From the NCBI GenBank assembly GCA_035285125.1, contig JAYKHR010000066.1:143762-207761 (forward strand): DNA of 64,000 nucleotides. The letters are read 5' to 3'. Shown here in pieces: positions 19,053 to 29,604 of this stretch (its first letter is position 1; each line of letters begins with the position of its first letter). Below the pieces are notes generated by a model that had not been told where the DNA came from, made no database searches, and saw only the letters and a program-made list of their open reading frames with translations. This DNA is from Candidatus Sericytochromatia bacterium. Lineage in GTDB: Bacteria > Cyanobacteriota > Sericytochromatia > S15B-MN24 > JAQBPE01. Made by a program: the position numbers and the translations under genes.

Positions 19053-20035
19053 TGGCGTTGTGGCAGCAGGCCAGCCTGGTGGGGCTGCTGGTGGTGGGGA
19101 TCGCGCTGGCCGTCGGGCGGCCCATGATTGGCTGGTTGCACCGGGTGAAGTTCGGGCAGATCATCCGGGAGGAGGGCCCTGCCTCACACCAGGCCAAGGC
19201 AGGCACGCCCAGCATGGGCGGCTGGATCATTTTGCTGCCAGCCGCTCTCGGCCTGGTGGCCCTGCAGCGCTTGCCGGCCGAGGGCTGGCTGCTCCTGGCC
19301 GTGACGCTCGGCTTCGCCGGCCTGGGCTTCCTCGATGACTGGCTCATCATCAAGAAGCGCAGCAACAAAGGGCTGTCGCCGCGGCAAAAGTTGCTGGGGC
19401 AGGTCTTGCTGGGGTGCGGCTTTGCCGGGGGGCTCGCCTGGCTGGGGCACTCCCCCGTCCTCCAGGTGCCGCTCGGAGCGGAGGCGGCCTCCCTTTCCCT
19501 CGGGCTGGCCTACTGGGCTCTCGTCGCCTTCATGCTCGTCGCCACCTCCAACGCCGTCAACCTGACAGATGGGCTGGACGGCCTGGCCGCAAGCACCGTG
19601 GCCATCGCGGCGGCGGGGCTCGCCGCCGTCGTGGCCTTGCGCCTGGCTGCGGGGGACCCCGTTGGCGGCGCGGTGGTGGTCTTTCTGGTGGCCGTCGCGG
19701 CCGGGTGCTTGGGGTTTCTCTGGTTCAACGCCCATCCCGCTCAGGTCTTCATGGGCGACACCGGGTCGCTAGGGCTTGGCGCCGCCTTGGCTGGTGCAGC
19801 CGTGATCGGGCACGTCGAGCTCTGGCTGGTGCCGATCGGGGCCGTGTTCATTGTCGAGACCTTGTCGGTGATGGCCCAGGTCGCGTACTTCCGTCGGACC
19901 GGCGGCAAGCGCCTGTTTAAAATGAGCCCCCTTCACCACCACTTCGAGCTTTCGGGGTGGAAAGAGACCCAGGTCGTGGCCAGGTTCTCGCTCGTCGCAC
20001 TTCTGTGCGCCGCGCTTGCTGTCGCAATGGCCTGA
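19052..20035 (+). CDS. mraY: Phospho-MurNAc-pentapeptide transferase
   Basis: TPSMGG, NAVNLTDGLDG, FMGDTGS and PLHHHFE motifs. Confidence 0.97.
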   Translation: MALWQQASLVGLLVVGIALAVGRPMIGWLHRVKFGQIIREEGPASHQAKAGTPSMGGWIILLPAALGLVALQRLPAEGWLLLAVTLGFAGLGFLDDWLIIKKRSNKGLSPRQKLLGQVLLGCGFAGGLAWLGHSPVLQVPLGAEAASLSLGLAYWALVAFMLVATSNAVNLTDGLDGLAASTVAIAAAGLAAVVALRLAAGDPVGGAVVVFLVAVAAGCLGFLWFNAHPAQVFMGDTGSLGLGAALAGAAVIGHVELWLVPIGAVFIVETLSVMAQVAYFRRTGGKRLFKMSPLHHHFELSGWKETQVVARFSLVALLCAALAVAMA

Positions 20036-20135
20036 GGCCAGCAGCAGTCGGGCAGCCTCACGTCACAGCCCGAGAGCAGCCCCTGCGGTATGATGAGCGC
20101 CGCGGCCAGCGCCGCGCCAAGCTGGAGCTTCCACC

Positions 20136-21515
20136 GTGGAATGGCTAGAGAAGACCGTAACCATCCTGGGCCTGGGCCGCAGTGGCCTGGCGTGTGCCCG
20201 TGAGTTGTCGGCCATGGGGTGCCGGCTGATCCTCAGCGACGCGCGGCCCACCGAGGAGTTGATGCCCCTGTTGGCTGACCTTCCCCTCGGAGAGGTGCGC
20301 GTCGAGGGGGGCGGTCACTCGGCAGCCTGCCTGGATGCCGACGTCATTGTCCTGTCGCCCGGGGTGTCAGTGGATCTGCCCATCGTGCAGGCCGCACTCG
20401 CCGACGGCGTTCCCGTGCTTGGCGAGCTTGAGCTGGCGTACCGGCTGCGCCCGTCCGTTCCCCACGTGGCCATCACGGGAACCAACGGGAAGACCACCAC
20501 CACGACCCTGGTCGGTCGCATCCTGGCGGAGGCAGGCCTCAGGGCGCTCGTCGGGGGCAACATCGGCACCCCGCTCGTCAGCATGGTCCACTCGCCTGCC
20601 GACGTGGTCGTCGCGGAAGTCAGCTCCTTCCAGCTCGAAACCATCGCGCAGTTCCGCCCCGAGGTGGCGGTGCTGCTGAACTTCACCGACGACCACCTGA
20701 ACCGCCACGGCACGCGGGACGTATACTGGCGGGCCAAGTGTCGGATCTTCGAGAACCAAGGACCGGAGGACTGGGCCATTCTCAACGCCGACGACCCAGC
20801 CGTCTCCGCGCTGATCGGGCGGACACCCGGCAGGCATGTGGCTTTCTCCGTGTCGGGCCCGCTGGAGCGCGGCGTCTGGATCCACGACGATTGGATCGTG
20901 CTGTCCCACGACGGGGGCACGCTCCCGGTGATGCCAGTCAGCGAGGTGCAACTGAGAGGGCGCCACAACCTGGAAAATGTCCTTGCCAGCGTCGGTGTCG
21001 GGGTTGCCCTGAGGCTCGAGGTGGAGCCGGTTCGCAAGGCCATCGCCGCCTTCACGGGGGTGGAGCATCGCATCGAACCCGTCCGCGTGCTGGACGCTGT
21101 CGCCTGGTACAACGACAGCAAGGGCACGAACTACGACTCGACCATCAAGGCCATCGAGGCCTTCGCGGAAGGGATCGTGCTCATCGCCGGCGGCAGAGAC
21201 AAGGGCGGCGACATCCAGCCACTGCTCTCCCGCATCCGTGAACGCGTGCGCCACGTCGTGTTGCTGGGGGAGGCCGGCCCTGACTTCGCAAGGTCCCTCC
21301 GCAGCATCGGCTACGACGCCGTGACGGTGGTCGAGTCGATGCCGGAGGCCATCCAGGAGGCCCGGGGGTTGGCGACACCAGGCGAGATCGTGTTGTTCTC
21401 GCCGGCCTGCACGAGCTTCGACATGTTCAAGGACTACGAGGACCGTGGACGCACGTTCAAGGGCCTCGTCAAGGCGTTGGCCGGAGGCGACGGTGAACCG
21501 GCGGCTCAGGGCTAG
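20136..21515 (+). CDS. murD: UDP-MurNAc-L-Ala:D-Glu ligase
   Basis: ITGTNGKTTTT, EVSSFQL, NDSKGTN and SPACTSFD motifs; possible internal -10 TATGAT at 20089-20094. Confidence 0.96.
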   Translation: MEWLEKTVTILGLGRSGLACARELSAMGCRLILSDARPTEELMPLLADLPLGEVRVEGGGHSAACLDADVIVLSPGVSVDLPIVQAALADGVPVLGELELAYRLRPSVPHVAITGTNGKTTTTTLVGRILAEAGLRALVGGNIGTPLVSMVHSPADVVVAEVSSFQLETIAQFRPEVAVLLNFTDDHLNRHGTRDVYWRAKCRIFENQGPEDWAILNADDPAVSALIGRTPGRHVAFSVSGPLERGVWIHDDWIVLSHDGGTLPVMPVSEVQLRGRHNLENVLASVGVGVALRLEVEPVRKAIAAFTGVEHRIEPVRVLDAVAWYNDSKGTNYDSTIKAIEAFAEGIVLIAGGRDKGGDIQPLLSRIRERVRHVVLLGEAGPDFARSLRSIGYDAVTVVESMPEAIQEARGLATPGEIVLFSPACTSFDMFKDYEDRGRTFKGLVKALAGGDGEPAAQG

Positions 21516-22671
21516 GCGCTCCCCACAAATCGACGTCACCCTGCTGGCCATCGTCCTGATGCTGACAGGGGCTGGGCTCCTGTCGATCCTGAGCGCGAGC
21601 GCGCCGGTCGCCGAGCAGGGGCTCAGCCACACGCTGTACTACGTGCAGCGTCAGGGAATGTGGTGCGTGGTCGGACTCGTGGCCCTGGTCGCGGCAACCT
21701 TCGTCAACATGACGCTGATCAGGGGGCTCGCCAAGTGGGTCCTGCTGGCCACCGCGGCGTTGCTGATGTGCACACATGTTCCAGGCATCGGCATCACCGA
21801 GTTGGGCTCCAGCCGCTGGCTGCGTGTCGGTCCCTTCTCGGTCCAGCCCTCCGAGGTCGCCAAGCTCTCGCTGGCCGTGTATCTGGCAGACAGGCTGGCC
21901 CGGCAGGGCGACAAGCCCTGGAGCCTGCTGACCGTCCGGCACACCCTGGCCCCCACGCTGGGCGTGCTCGCACTGGTCCTGGTCCAGCCGGATCTCGGCA
22001 CCACGATCGTGCTCGCCATCTGTGCCTTTGCGGTGTTTTTCGCTTATGGCACGCGCATCTGGCTGCTGGGAGGCACCGCGCTGGTGGCCGTCGCGGGCGT
22101 GCTCTACTCGAGCTTCAACACGGACTACCAGCGGCAGCGTTGGATCGGCTTCCTGAACCCCTGGGCGGAGCCCCAGGGGAACGGCTACCAGCTGGTTCAA
22201 TCCCTGATGGCCATTGGCTCGGGCGGCGTGCTCGGCGTGGGGTTCGGCCAGAGCAAGCAGAAGCTGTTCTACCTGCCCATCCAGTACGCCGACTTCATCT
22301 TCGCCGTGTTGGCCGAGGAGTTCGGCCTGATCGGGTGTGTCAGCCTCCTGGCTCTGTTCCTGCTGCTGGCCTGGCGTGGAATCAGCATTGCGCGGGAAGC
22401 CCGGGACCCCTTCCACGCCCTCCTGGCGCTGGCGCTGACCACGATCGTGGTAGGCCAGGCCTACATCAACATCGGGGTCGTGACGGCCAGCCTGCCGACG
22501 ACAGGCATCCCGCTGCCGTTCCTGAGTTTCGGGGGCAGCTCGCTGGTCATCACGATGTTCTCGATGGGGCTGCTGCTCAACATCTCGCGCCACAACCACA
22601 AGGCGCAAGAGGCCCAGGCCGCCGCTGAGAACGGAGCCCTCGAGGCCCGCTCCGGGGCCGGGCAGCCCTGA
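21493..22671 (+). CDS. ftsW: SEDS family peptidoglycan polymerase FtsW
   Basis: QPSEVAK, QPDLGT, GYQLVQS and TGIPLPFLSFGGSS motifs. Confidence 0.95.
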   Translation: MNRRLRARRSPQIDVTLLAIVLMLTGAGLLSILSASAPVAEQGLSHTLYYVQRQGMWCVVGLVALVAATFVNMTLIRGLAKWVLLATAALLMCTHVPGIGITELGSSRWLRVGPFSVQPSEVAKLSLAVYLADRLARQGDKPWSLLTVRHTLAPTLGVLALVLVQPDLGTTIVLAICAFAVFFAYGTRIWLLGGTALVAVAGVLYSSFNTDYQRQRWIGFLNPWAEPQGNGYQLVQSLMAIGSGGVLGVGFGQSKQKLFYLPIQYADFIFAVLAEEFGLIGCVSLLALFLLLAWRGISIAREARDPFHALLALALTTIVVGQAYINIGVVTASLPTTGIPLPFLSFGGSSLVITMFSMGLLLNISRHNHKAQEAQAAAENGALEARSGAGQP

Positions 22672-22689
22672 GGTCCGGAGGAAGCAGCG

Positions 22690-23799
22690 GTGGCTGACGT
22701 GGTGCTCACGGGGGGAGGAACAGGGGGGCATGTCTACCCCGCGCTGGCCGTGGCCGAGGCGCTCGTCCGCCTGCGACCAGGCCTGGACGTCCTGTTCGTG
22801 GGAACGCCAGACCGAATGGAGGCTCGCGTCGTGCCGGCCGCGGGCTGGCGATTCGAGGCCATCGAGGCCCGCGGCCTGAGCAGCCGCCCGCTGGAAGCCG
22901 TCAAAGCCGTCGCGACGCTTGCCCGGGGGCTGGGGCAGGCCCGTGACCTCATGCGCCGGGAAACGCCGCGGGTGGTCCTCGGGACCGGTGGATTCGCCAG
23001 CGCCCCCACCTTGCTGGCGGCCAGGCTCGAGGGGGTCCCGACATACCTGCATGAACAAAACGTCGTACCCGGAAAGGTGAACAGATGGCTGGGCCGGTGG
23101 GCCACCGGGGTGTTGCTGTCTCTGCCTGGCGGGGAGCATTGGTGGTCAGGGGTGGAGTGCATCTTCACCGGCAACCCCATCCGACAGACCGCCTTTCAGG
23201 TTGAGCGGTCCGTGGCCCGTGCCGCCGTCAAGGTACCCGAGGGCGCACCGCTGCTGCTCGTCACGGGGGGATCCCAGGGCGCGCGCCGGATCAACGACGC
23301 CATGTTGGACCTGGCCCCGCGGCTCCTTCGGGAGACACGCTGGCACGTGCTTCATGTGACTGGCCCCGCCGGCTTCGAAGACGCTCGCCTGAGGCTTCCC
23401 GCAGAGGCCGAGGGCCGCTGGACCCTCGTGCCATACATGGACGACATGCCAACGGCCGTGGTGGCCTGCGACATCGCGGTCGGGCGAGCCGGCGCCACAA
23501 CACTGGCGGAACTGACGGCCATGGGCAAGGGCATGGTGCTGGTGCCCTACCCGTTCGCCGGAGGCCATCAGCTGCTGAACGCCCGGGCCGCCCTGGACGC
23601 CGGGGCGGCAAGGGTGATCACCGATCATGCGTGCGACGGCCCCGGGCTGGCCGACGTCCTCTTGCCGCTGCTGACAGATCCTGAAGCTGTCGACCAAATG
23701 GCCGCAGCCAGCCTACGCCTGGGGTCCCCCAATGCGGCAGACCAAGTGGCAAGGCTGTTGCTGGACGCCGCATTCCCGCTCAGCAACGCCGGCGCGTGA
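22690..23799 (+). CDS. murG: Lipid I N-acetylglucosaminyltransferase
   Basis: GGGTGGHVYP, HEQN, GGSQGA and RAGATT motifs. Confidence 0.96.
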   Translation: MADVVLTGGGTGGHVYPALAVAEALVRLRPGLDVLFVGTPDRMEARVVPAAGWRFEAIEARGLSSRPLEAVKAVATLARGLGQARDLMRRETPRVVLGTGGFASAPTLLAARLEGVPTYLHEQNVVPGKVNRWLGRWATGVLLSLPGGEHWWSGVECIFTGNPIRQTAFQVERSVARAAVKVPEGAPLLLVTGGSQGARRINDAMLDLAPRLLRETRWHVLHVTGPAGFEDARLRLPAEAEGRWTLVPYMDDMPTAVVACDIAVGRAGATTLAELTAMGKGMVLVPYPFAGGHQLLNARAALDAGAARVITDHACDGPGLADVLLPLLTDPEAVDQMAAASLRLGSPNAADQVARLLLDAAFPLSNAGA

Positions 23800-23934
23800 C
23801 GGTTTCACTGGCGAGACCGTCCCTCCATCCGGTATCCTCAAACGGTGCCCGTTGTGACGCGCCCTGTCCCGTGGGCCCCGCGGTGCTCTCTGTCGCCGCC
23901 TCCCTCGAGCCTGTATTTCACAAGGAAGCCTGCC

Positions 23935-25314
23935 GTGACCCCACCCTCTGCCCTGCATTTCGTTGGTATCGGCGGCGTGGGAATGAGCGCGGTGGCCCAG
24001 GTTTGGCACAGCTTGGGGCGTCCGGTGTCCGGCTCGGACCAGGCCCAGTCGACCGCGGTACAGCGGCTGCAAGGCTTCGGGATCCCCGTGCACATCGGCC
24101 ACGCGGCAGACCACGTGGGTCCGGCAGTTGAGGGTCTGGTGGTCTCCACAGCGGTCCGCCAGGACAACCCCGAGTTGCAGGAGGCCATCCGGCGGGGGCT
24201 TCCGGTGTTCCACCGGTCCGAGGTGCTGGGCGCCCTTATGGCGCAGCAGAGAAGCATCGCGGTCACGGGGACGCACGGCAAGACGACGACCACCGCGATG
24301 GTCGCGTCGATGCTGGTCGATGGCGCCTTCGATCCGACGGTGCTGCTCGGGGGAGAGTTGCCAGAACTCGGCGGTAATGCCCGCCACGGACGGGGCGAGT
24401 TCCTGGTGGCCGAGGCTGATGAAAGCGACAAGTCGATCACCAACCTCACGGCCGAGATTGTGGTGGTGACGAACCTCGAGGGTGACCACCTGGAGCACTA
24501 CCGCGACCTCGACGAGATCATCGACGTCGTGGCCGCCTTCCTCGGGCGCCTTCCCGAGGGCGCCAAGCTCATTGCGTGCGCGGACTGTCCGGGGGTGCTG
24601 CGACTGCTCGAACGGGTCAAGTTGCCTGTCGTGACCTACGGGTTCTCCGAAGAGGCCGAGTTCCGCATCGAGGACGAGCAACTCACGGCCGGCGGCTCCA
24701 CCTTCCGCGTCCAAGGTGCCAGCTATGCCTTGCAGGTACCGGGGCGCCACAACATCGCCAACGCGACGGCAGCCATCGCCGCCTGCTCCCTCGCAGGCGT
24801 GCCCCACGAGGCGCGTCGATCTGGGCTGGCCGGCTTCACCGGCGTGAAACGCAGGTTTCAAACCGTCGGGTCCGTCGGGGGCGTCACGGTGGTGGACGAC
24901 TATGCCCACCATCCCTCCGAGATCAAGGCCACGCTGTCCGCCGCTGCCCTGCTCGGTCGCCCTGTCCACGCCGTGTTCCAACCTCACAGGCACTCCCGCC
25001 TGGAGGCCCTGCTGCACGATTTCGCCGCCTCTTTCCGTGGCGCCCGAACCGTCACCATCATGGACACCTACGCGGCGGGCGAGGCGCCCAGGGAGGTCGA
25101 TGCCGGCAGCCTGGCTGCGCTCGTCTCGCGGCACGAACCGGGCGTGCCCGTGACGCACGCGCCCACGATCGGCGCAGCCGTCAGCCACCTCGTAGAGACG
25201 GCCGGCTCGGGCGACCTCGTCGTGCTTCTGGGTGCAGGCGACATCCACCTCGTGGCGCAGCCACTGCTCGCAGCCATCGAGCACCGGATCAGCGTCTCCG
25301 TGCAGTCTGCGTGA
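23935..25314 (+). CDS. murC: UDP-MurNAc:L-alanine ligase
   Basis: GIGGVGMS, GTHGKTTTT, EADESD and DDYAHHPSE motifs; possible internal -10 TATCCT near 23833. Confidence 0.96.
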   Translation: MTPPSALHFVGIGGVGMSAVAQVWHSLGRPVSGSDQAQSTAVQRLQGFGIPVHIGHAADHVGPAVEGLVVSTAVRQDNPELQEAIRRGLPVFHRSEVLGALMAQQRSIAVTGTHGKTTTTAMVASMLVDGAFDPTVLLGGELPELGGNARHGRGEFLVAEADESDKSITNLTAEIVVVTNLEGDHLEHYRDLDEIIDVVAAFLGRLPEGAKLIACADCPGVLRLLERVKLPVVTYGFSEEAEFRIEDEQLTAGGSTFRVQGASYALQVPGRHNIANATAAIAACSLAGVPHEARRSGLAGFTGVKRRFQTVGSVGGVTVVDDYAHHPSEIKATLSAAALLGRPVHAVFQPHRHSRLEALLHDFAASFRGARTVTIMDTYAAGEAPREVDAGSLAALVSRHEPGVPVTHAPTIGAAVSHLVETAGSGDLVVLLGAGDIHLVAQPLLAAIEHRISVSVQSA

Positions 25315-25324
25315 GGGCCTCGAC

Positions 25325-26269
25325 GTGGTCGCTCCCTCACTCCCTCCCTTCGAGCCTGCCGCGCCCCCGCCTGAAGGCGTGCGGCCGGGCGTAGACCTGG
25401 CGCCATTTACCACGTGGCAGGTGGGTGGCCCCGCGCGCTGGTTCGTCGAGCCGAGCAGCGTGGAAGAGGTGCAGGCCGCAGTGGTGTGGGCCAACGCCCA
25501 CGGCGTGGCTTGGCGCCCCATGGGTCGTGGCAGCAACTTGCTGGTGGGAGATAGCGGGTTCGAAGGCCTGATCGTGCGGTTCGGAAACGCGTTCGGCCAG
25601 GTTCGCATCGAGCCGGCGGAGGGTCACGGCGTGGTGCGTGCGCAGGCCGGCGTGCCATGCGCTCAGTTCGTGGTGGCCTGCAACCAGGCTGGATACGGTG
25701 GCCTCGAACCACTGGTGGGGGTTCCTGGGTCCATTGGTGGCGCCGTGGCGATGAATGCCAGCGCGCATGGCAAAGCGGTGTCCGAGGGTTTCCTCGGCGG
25801 TCGGGTGCTGCGAGAGGACGGCGCCTTGGAAACCTGGGCCGCCGCAGATTTTGCCTTCTCCTACCGCCACACGCGCCTCCACGAGGAGCAGGTCCTGTTC
25901 CTGGAGGGAACGTGGCACCTGGCCGCCGTGCCGATTGAGGAGTCCCGGGCGCGCATCCGAGAGTTGCAGCGGTGGCGCCATGAGAAGCAGCCGACCAACA
26001 TGCCTTCCGGCGGCAGCACCTTTCGCAACCCGGGTGAAGGCCTGCCCGCGGCGGGCGCACTCATCGAGCAGGTCGGTGGCAAGGGGCTGCGGCTCGGCGG
26101 TGCTGAGGTGTCCGAGAAGCATGCCAACTTCATCGTCAATCGGGGGGGCGCCACGGCGGCAGACATCAATGGCCTCATCGTCACCTTGCAGGAACGGGTG
26201 CGTGCGAAGTTCGGCGTGACGCTCGTCCCCGAGGTCATGGGGCTGGGGATGCACGTTGGCACGGAGTAA
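25325..26269 (+). CDS. murB: UDP-N-acetylenolpyruvoylglucosamine reductase
   Basis: GRGSNLLV, PGSIGGAVAMNA, SGGSTFRNP and HANFIVN motifs. Confidence 0.96.
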   Translation: MVAPSLPPFEPAAPPPEGVRPGVDLAPFTTWQVGGPARWFVEPSSVEEVQAAVVWANAHGVAWRPMGRGSNLLVGDSGFEGLIVRFGNAFGQVRIEPAEGHGVVRAQAGVPCAQFVVACNQAGYGGLEPLVGVPGSIGGAVAMNASAHGKAVSEGFLGGRVLREDGALETWAAADFAFSYRHTRLHEEQVLFLEGTWHLAAVPIEESRARIRELQRWRHEKQPTNMPSGGSTFRNPGEGLPAAGALIEQVGGKGLRLGGAEVSEKHANFIVNRGGATAADINGLIVTLQERVRAKFGVTLVPEVMGLGMHVGTE

Positions 26270-27203
26270 GCGGGGGCGAGTCCGCGAGGGCCCAGAAGGG
26301 GGGCCGCCGGGCCCCCACAGCGTGGAGGATGGGCTTCAGCGCGTCGCCGACAGGCAGTACCGGTTGGCCCGAGACGTGAGGCGCGCCAGACGGCGGCAGC
26401 GAAGCAAGCGACGGCTCGCCCGCGTCCTCTCCCACGTCGGGTTGTTGAGCCTCGTCATCTTCCTTTGGATGGGGCCCTTCTGGCAGTGGGAGGGTTTGCT
26501 CACGGTGACGGGGAACCGCCTGGTCAGCGCGCAGGAGGTCTTCGCCAGGCTCTACATCCCTCAGCACACGCCGCTCTACACGCTAGACCCCAAGAAGATT
26601 TCCGCGCAGCTTTCCTCGATCCCCGCAGTGGCAAGGGTTTCCACCCGCCGTTGGTTGTTCCCACCCAGGCTCGAGGTGATGATTCTGGAGCGGCAGGGGC
26701 TGGTAAAGGTGGAGGGCGTGCCGGGCGAGGCGGTTTCCCGCTGGATCGACCAGGAAGGCGTCGTCTTCTCTGCGCCGGCAGCCCGGATGCAGGCTCGCTT
26801 TCCGGTGCAGGTCTGGTGTGATTTGCAGCCGGGTCAGCGGCTGCCCGGCAAACTCCAGAAGGAGTTCTTCGAGTTGCTGGTCGCCTGGCCGCAGGGAGCT
26901 GGGGGTCGTCTGGACCTGCGCAGGCCCAACGACCTCTACGCGTCGGTGGGCGACTGGCCTGTTCGGTTCGGGGAGCCCGAGGATGCGAGCCTGAAGCTTT
27001 CCATTCTGGCGGACCTGCAACCGCTGGCGAAGGCTTACCGTGAGCGGTTAAGATACATCAACTTGCGGTTTCCGAAGAGTCCGACCTTGGTGTTGAAAAC
27101 TGGTGACGAGGTGAAGGTCGGCAAGGACTCCCAAGGCGGCGAGCGCCCCGCGGGCTCGCCACAGCCGAAGCCGACGGGCACCACCGCGTCACCACCCCAC
27201 TGA
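26256..27203 (+). CDS. ftsQ: Cell division protein FtsQ/DivIB
   Basis: Basic N-terminus, single TM helix, POTRA-like VTGNRLVS...RRWLFPPRLEV..ER, and YINLRF. Confidence 0.82.
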   Translation: MARSKRGRVREGPEGGPPGPHSVEDGLQRVADRQYRLARDVRRARRRQRSKRRLARVLSHVGLLSLVIFLWMGPFWQWEGLLTVTGNRLVSAQEVFARLYIPQHTPLYTLDPKKISAQLSSIPAVARVSTRRWLFPPRLEVMILERQGLVKVEGVPGEAVSRWIDQEGVVFSAPAARMQARFPVQVWCDLQPGQRLPGKLQKEFFELLVAWPQGAGGRLDLRRPNDLYASVGDWPVRFGEPEDASLKLSILADLQPLAKAYRERLRYINLRFPKSPTLVLKTGDEVKVGKDSQGGERPAGSPQPKPTGTTASPPH

Positions 27204-27206
27204 CCG

Positions 27207-27893
27207 TTGCGAAACTGGCTCGTTCCTGTCACCCTCATCGCCGTTGCCTCAGGCGTCCTCATCGCGGCGCAGTTCAAGTCGCAGGCGGCCTACAGGGACG
27301 GCCTGCCGAGCAGGCGCGTGGAGGAATTGGTGGTGATGCTCAAGGACGCTGAGGCCGAGAACGGTCGCCTGGTCAGCCAGGTGGAGGCCCTCAGGGAGAG
27401 CATCAAGACCGCTGAGTTGCCCGCCTCGGGGAAGGCGTCGCCCGTGCCGGGGCGTCTTCAAGCCACCAACGGACCTGGCATCGAAGTTGAAATCGCGGAC
27501 AGCGCCAAGCCCCTCACCAAGGGGGAAAACCCCAACATCGCCATCGTTCACAACGAGGACCTGCTCAAAATCGTCAACGAGCTTCGAGCGAGCGGCGCCG
27601 CCGCGCTCTCGGTCAACGACCAGCGCCTCGTCGAGACCTCCGAAATCAGCTGCGCGGGCCCGACCATCCTCGTGAACAAGACCCGGCTGGCCCCTCCCTT
27701 CATCATCCGTGCGATAGGGGACGCAGACACCATGATGGCGGCGCTGGCGCTGCGTGGCGGCGTCGTCGAATACTTGCAATTCTATGGGATCCAAGTTAAT
27801 ATCTCCAGGAAACCGGATATTCAAGTCCCCATGTACGTTGGCGGCTCTTCGTACCAGTTTGCGAAGCCTCTGACAACCAAGAAATCGACATGA
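27207..27893 (+). CDS. DUF881 family protein (YlxW/YlxX-like)
   Basis: GPGIEVEIAD, VHNEDLLKIVNELRASGA, VNDQR and PFIIRAIGD motifs. Confidence 0.88.
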   Translation: MRNWLVPVTLIAVASGVLIAAQFKSQAAYRDGLPSRRVEELVVMLKDAEAENGRLVSQVEALRESIKTAELPASGKASPVPGRLQATNGPGIEVEIADSAKPLTKGENPNIAIVHNEDLLKIVNELRASGAAALSVNDQRLVETSEISCAGPTILVNKTRLAPPFIIRAIGDADTMMAALALRGGVVEYLQFYGIQVNISRKPDIQVPMYVGGSSYQFAKPLTTKKST

Positions 27894-28243
27894 CGAGCGC
27901 AGTCCTCCTCCCGTTGGTTGGGCTCGTCGTGGGAATCATTGCGGGCGCTCTGTCGCCTGTCAGCATCCCTCATTCTCTTGCGAAGTACACGGCGGTAGCC
28001 ATCCTGGCTGCCCTCGACACGGGGCTTGGTGGAATCCGGGCTGGTCTTGAAAACAGGTTCGACCTCGCCGCCTTCATCAGCGGCTTCACCTTCAACACCC
28101 TGCTGGCCGCCGCGCTCACCTACCTGGGTGACATGCTTGGCATCGACCTTTACATCGCTGCCGTTGTGGTTTTCGGGGTCCGACTCTTCGACAACTTGGC
28201 CGTCGTCCGTCGGTTGGTGGTGAATCGGTTTTGGTCTCACTAG
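27890..28243 (+). CDS. sbp: Small basic protein Sbp (DUF1290)
   Basis: [19 protein letters not shown]...GF.FN.LLAA.L.YLGD.LG.DLY...GVRLF.N pattern. Confidence 0.85.
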   Translation: MTSAVLLPLVGLVVGIIAGALSPVSIPHSLAKYTAVAILAALDTGLGGIRAGLENRFDLAAFISGFTFNTLLAAALTYLGDMLGIDLYIAAVVVFGVRLFDNLAVVRRLVVNRFWSH

Positions 28244-28277
28244 TTACTTGAAGCTACAAGGAAGGGGGAAGCCGGTT

Positions 28278-29489
28278 TTGTCGAGGCTGAACAGAGCCAG
28301 ACCGACTCGGCTGAACGCGGTGCCTGATAAGTTCGACAAGCACAACAGCGTCGCCAACATCAAAGTGGTTGGCGTGGGTGGTGGCGGTTCCAACGCCGTC
28401 AACCGGATGATCGAGAACGGCCTCACGGGCGTCGAGTTCTGGACGATCAACACCGACGCGCAGGCGCTTGCGCTTGCGAAGGCTGACCGCAAGCTGCAGA
28501 TTGGTCAGAAAATCACCCGTGGCCTGGGCGCCGGCGGCAACCCCGAGGTCGGCCGCAAGGCTGCTGAAGAGAGCCGGGACGACCTGCTCCAGGCGCTTGA
28601 AGGCGCCGACATGGTCTTTATCACGGCCGGCATGGGGGGTGGCACCGGAACGGGCGCCGCACCCGTGGTGGCTGCCGTGGCGCGTGAGGTTGGGGCCCTG
28701 ACCGTTGGTGTGGTGACCCGCCCCTTCATGTTCGAGGGCCGGCGTCGCTCGGTGCAGGCGAACGACGGCATCGCCTCCATCAAAGAAGCAGTCGATACGC
28801 TGATTGTCATCCCGAACGACAAGCTGCTTCAGGTCGTCGAGAAGCGGACGACCATGCAGGAGGCCTTCCAAATTGCCGACGATGTGCTCAGGCACGGCGT
28901 GGAGGGCATCTCCAACATTATCACCATTCCCGGCCTCATCAACGTCGACTTTGCTGACGTGAAGGCCGTAATGAGCAGTTCCGGGTCCGCCCTGATGGGC
29001 ATCGGCTCAGCGAGCGGCGAGGGCCGGGCCATCGAGGCCGCACAGAAGGCCATCAGCAGCCCGATGCTGGAGACCAGCGTGCACGGCGCCTCGGGCGTCA
29101 TCTTCAACGTCACTGGCGGGTCCGACCTCACGTTGCACGAGGTGAACGATGCCGCGGCCGTGATCTACGAGGCCGTTGACTCCGAGGCGAACATCATCTT
29201 CGGCGCTGTCTTCGACGAGCGGTTGCACGGCGAGGTTCGCATCACCGTCATCGCCACGGGCTTCGACGGCCCCCGGCAGTCGGTGGTGCCTGTCGCCCCC
29301 GTCGCGCGGGAGCACCGCCCAGTGGTGCCACCCTTCATCGGGGCTCACACGAACGGCCATTCGGCTGCTCCGGCCCCGGCATCTGTACCGGAGCAAGTCA
29401 TTCCCGGACCCGGCACGGCCGGCTCCGACCTGGCGCCGGACATCCCTGATTTCCTGAAGAACAGCCTGCGGCGCACCACAGGTCACTAA
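28278..29489 (+). CDS. ftsZ: Cell division protein FtsZ
   Basis: [23 protein letters not shown] and C-terminal DIPDFLK. Start TTG 28278 or GTG 28320. Confidence 0.98.
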   Translation: MSRLNRARPTRLNAVPDKFDKHNSVANIKVVGVGGGGSNAVNRMIENGLTGVEFWTINTDAQALALAKADRKLQIGQKITRGLGAGGNPEVGRKAAEESRDDLLQALEGADMVFITAGMGGGTGTGAAPVVAAVAREVGALTVGVVTRPFMFEGRRRSVQANDGIASIKEAVDTLIVIPNDKLLQVVEKRTTMQEAFQIADDVLRHGVEGISNIITIPGLINVDFADVKAVMSSSGSALMGIGSASGEGRAIEAAQKAISSPMLETSVHGASGVIFNVTGGSDLTLHEVNDAAAVIYEAVDSEANIIFGAVFDERLHGEVRITVIATGFDGPRQSVVPVAPVAREHRPVVPPFIGAHTNGHSAAPAPASVPEQVIPGPGTAGSDLAPDIPDFLKNSLRRTTGH

Positions 29490-29530
29490 GGCGGCGCTTC
29501 GGCCCGTTCGGCCGAGGTGTCCGTGGTTTC

Positions 29531-29568
29531 AGCAGGCTCTCCGTCAGAGACGGGGGGCCTGTTACAAT
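29531..29568 (+). promoter_or_regulatory. Inverted repeat overlapping the extended -10 (TGTTACAAT) upstream of ileS
   Basis: AGCAGGCTCTCCGTC-aga-GACGGGGGGCCTGTT stem (with G-U pairs); TACAAT at 29563-29568. Confidence 0.5.
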
Positions 29569-29604
29569 AGATGGCCGGCCCGCTGCGCCGGTCCCTCTGA
29601 AAGG

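Noticed and set aside
22668..22690. AGGTCCGGAGGAAGCAGC resembles SRP RNA domain IV (CAGGTCCGGAAGGAAGCAGC)
   Set aside because: It lacks the GNRA tetraloop and the conserved C, sits in an 18-bp gap, and is explained by the ftsW stop plus the murG RBS.
29490..29604. T-box leader for ileS
   Set aside because: Too short, with no T-box consensus; a promoter-like -10 lies only ~36 nt before the start.
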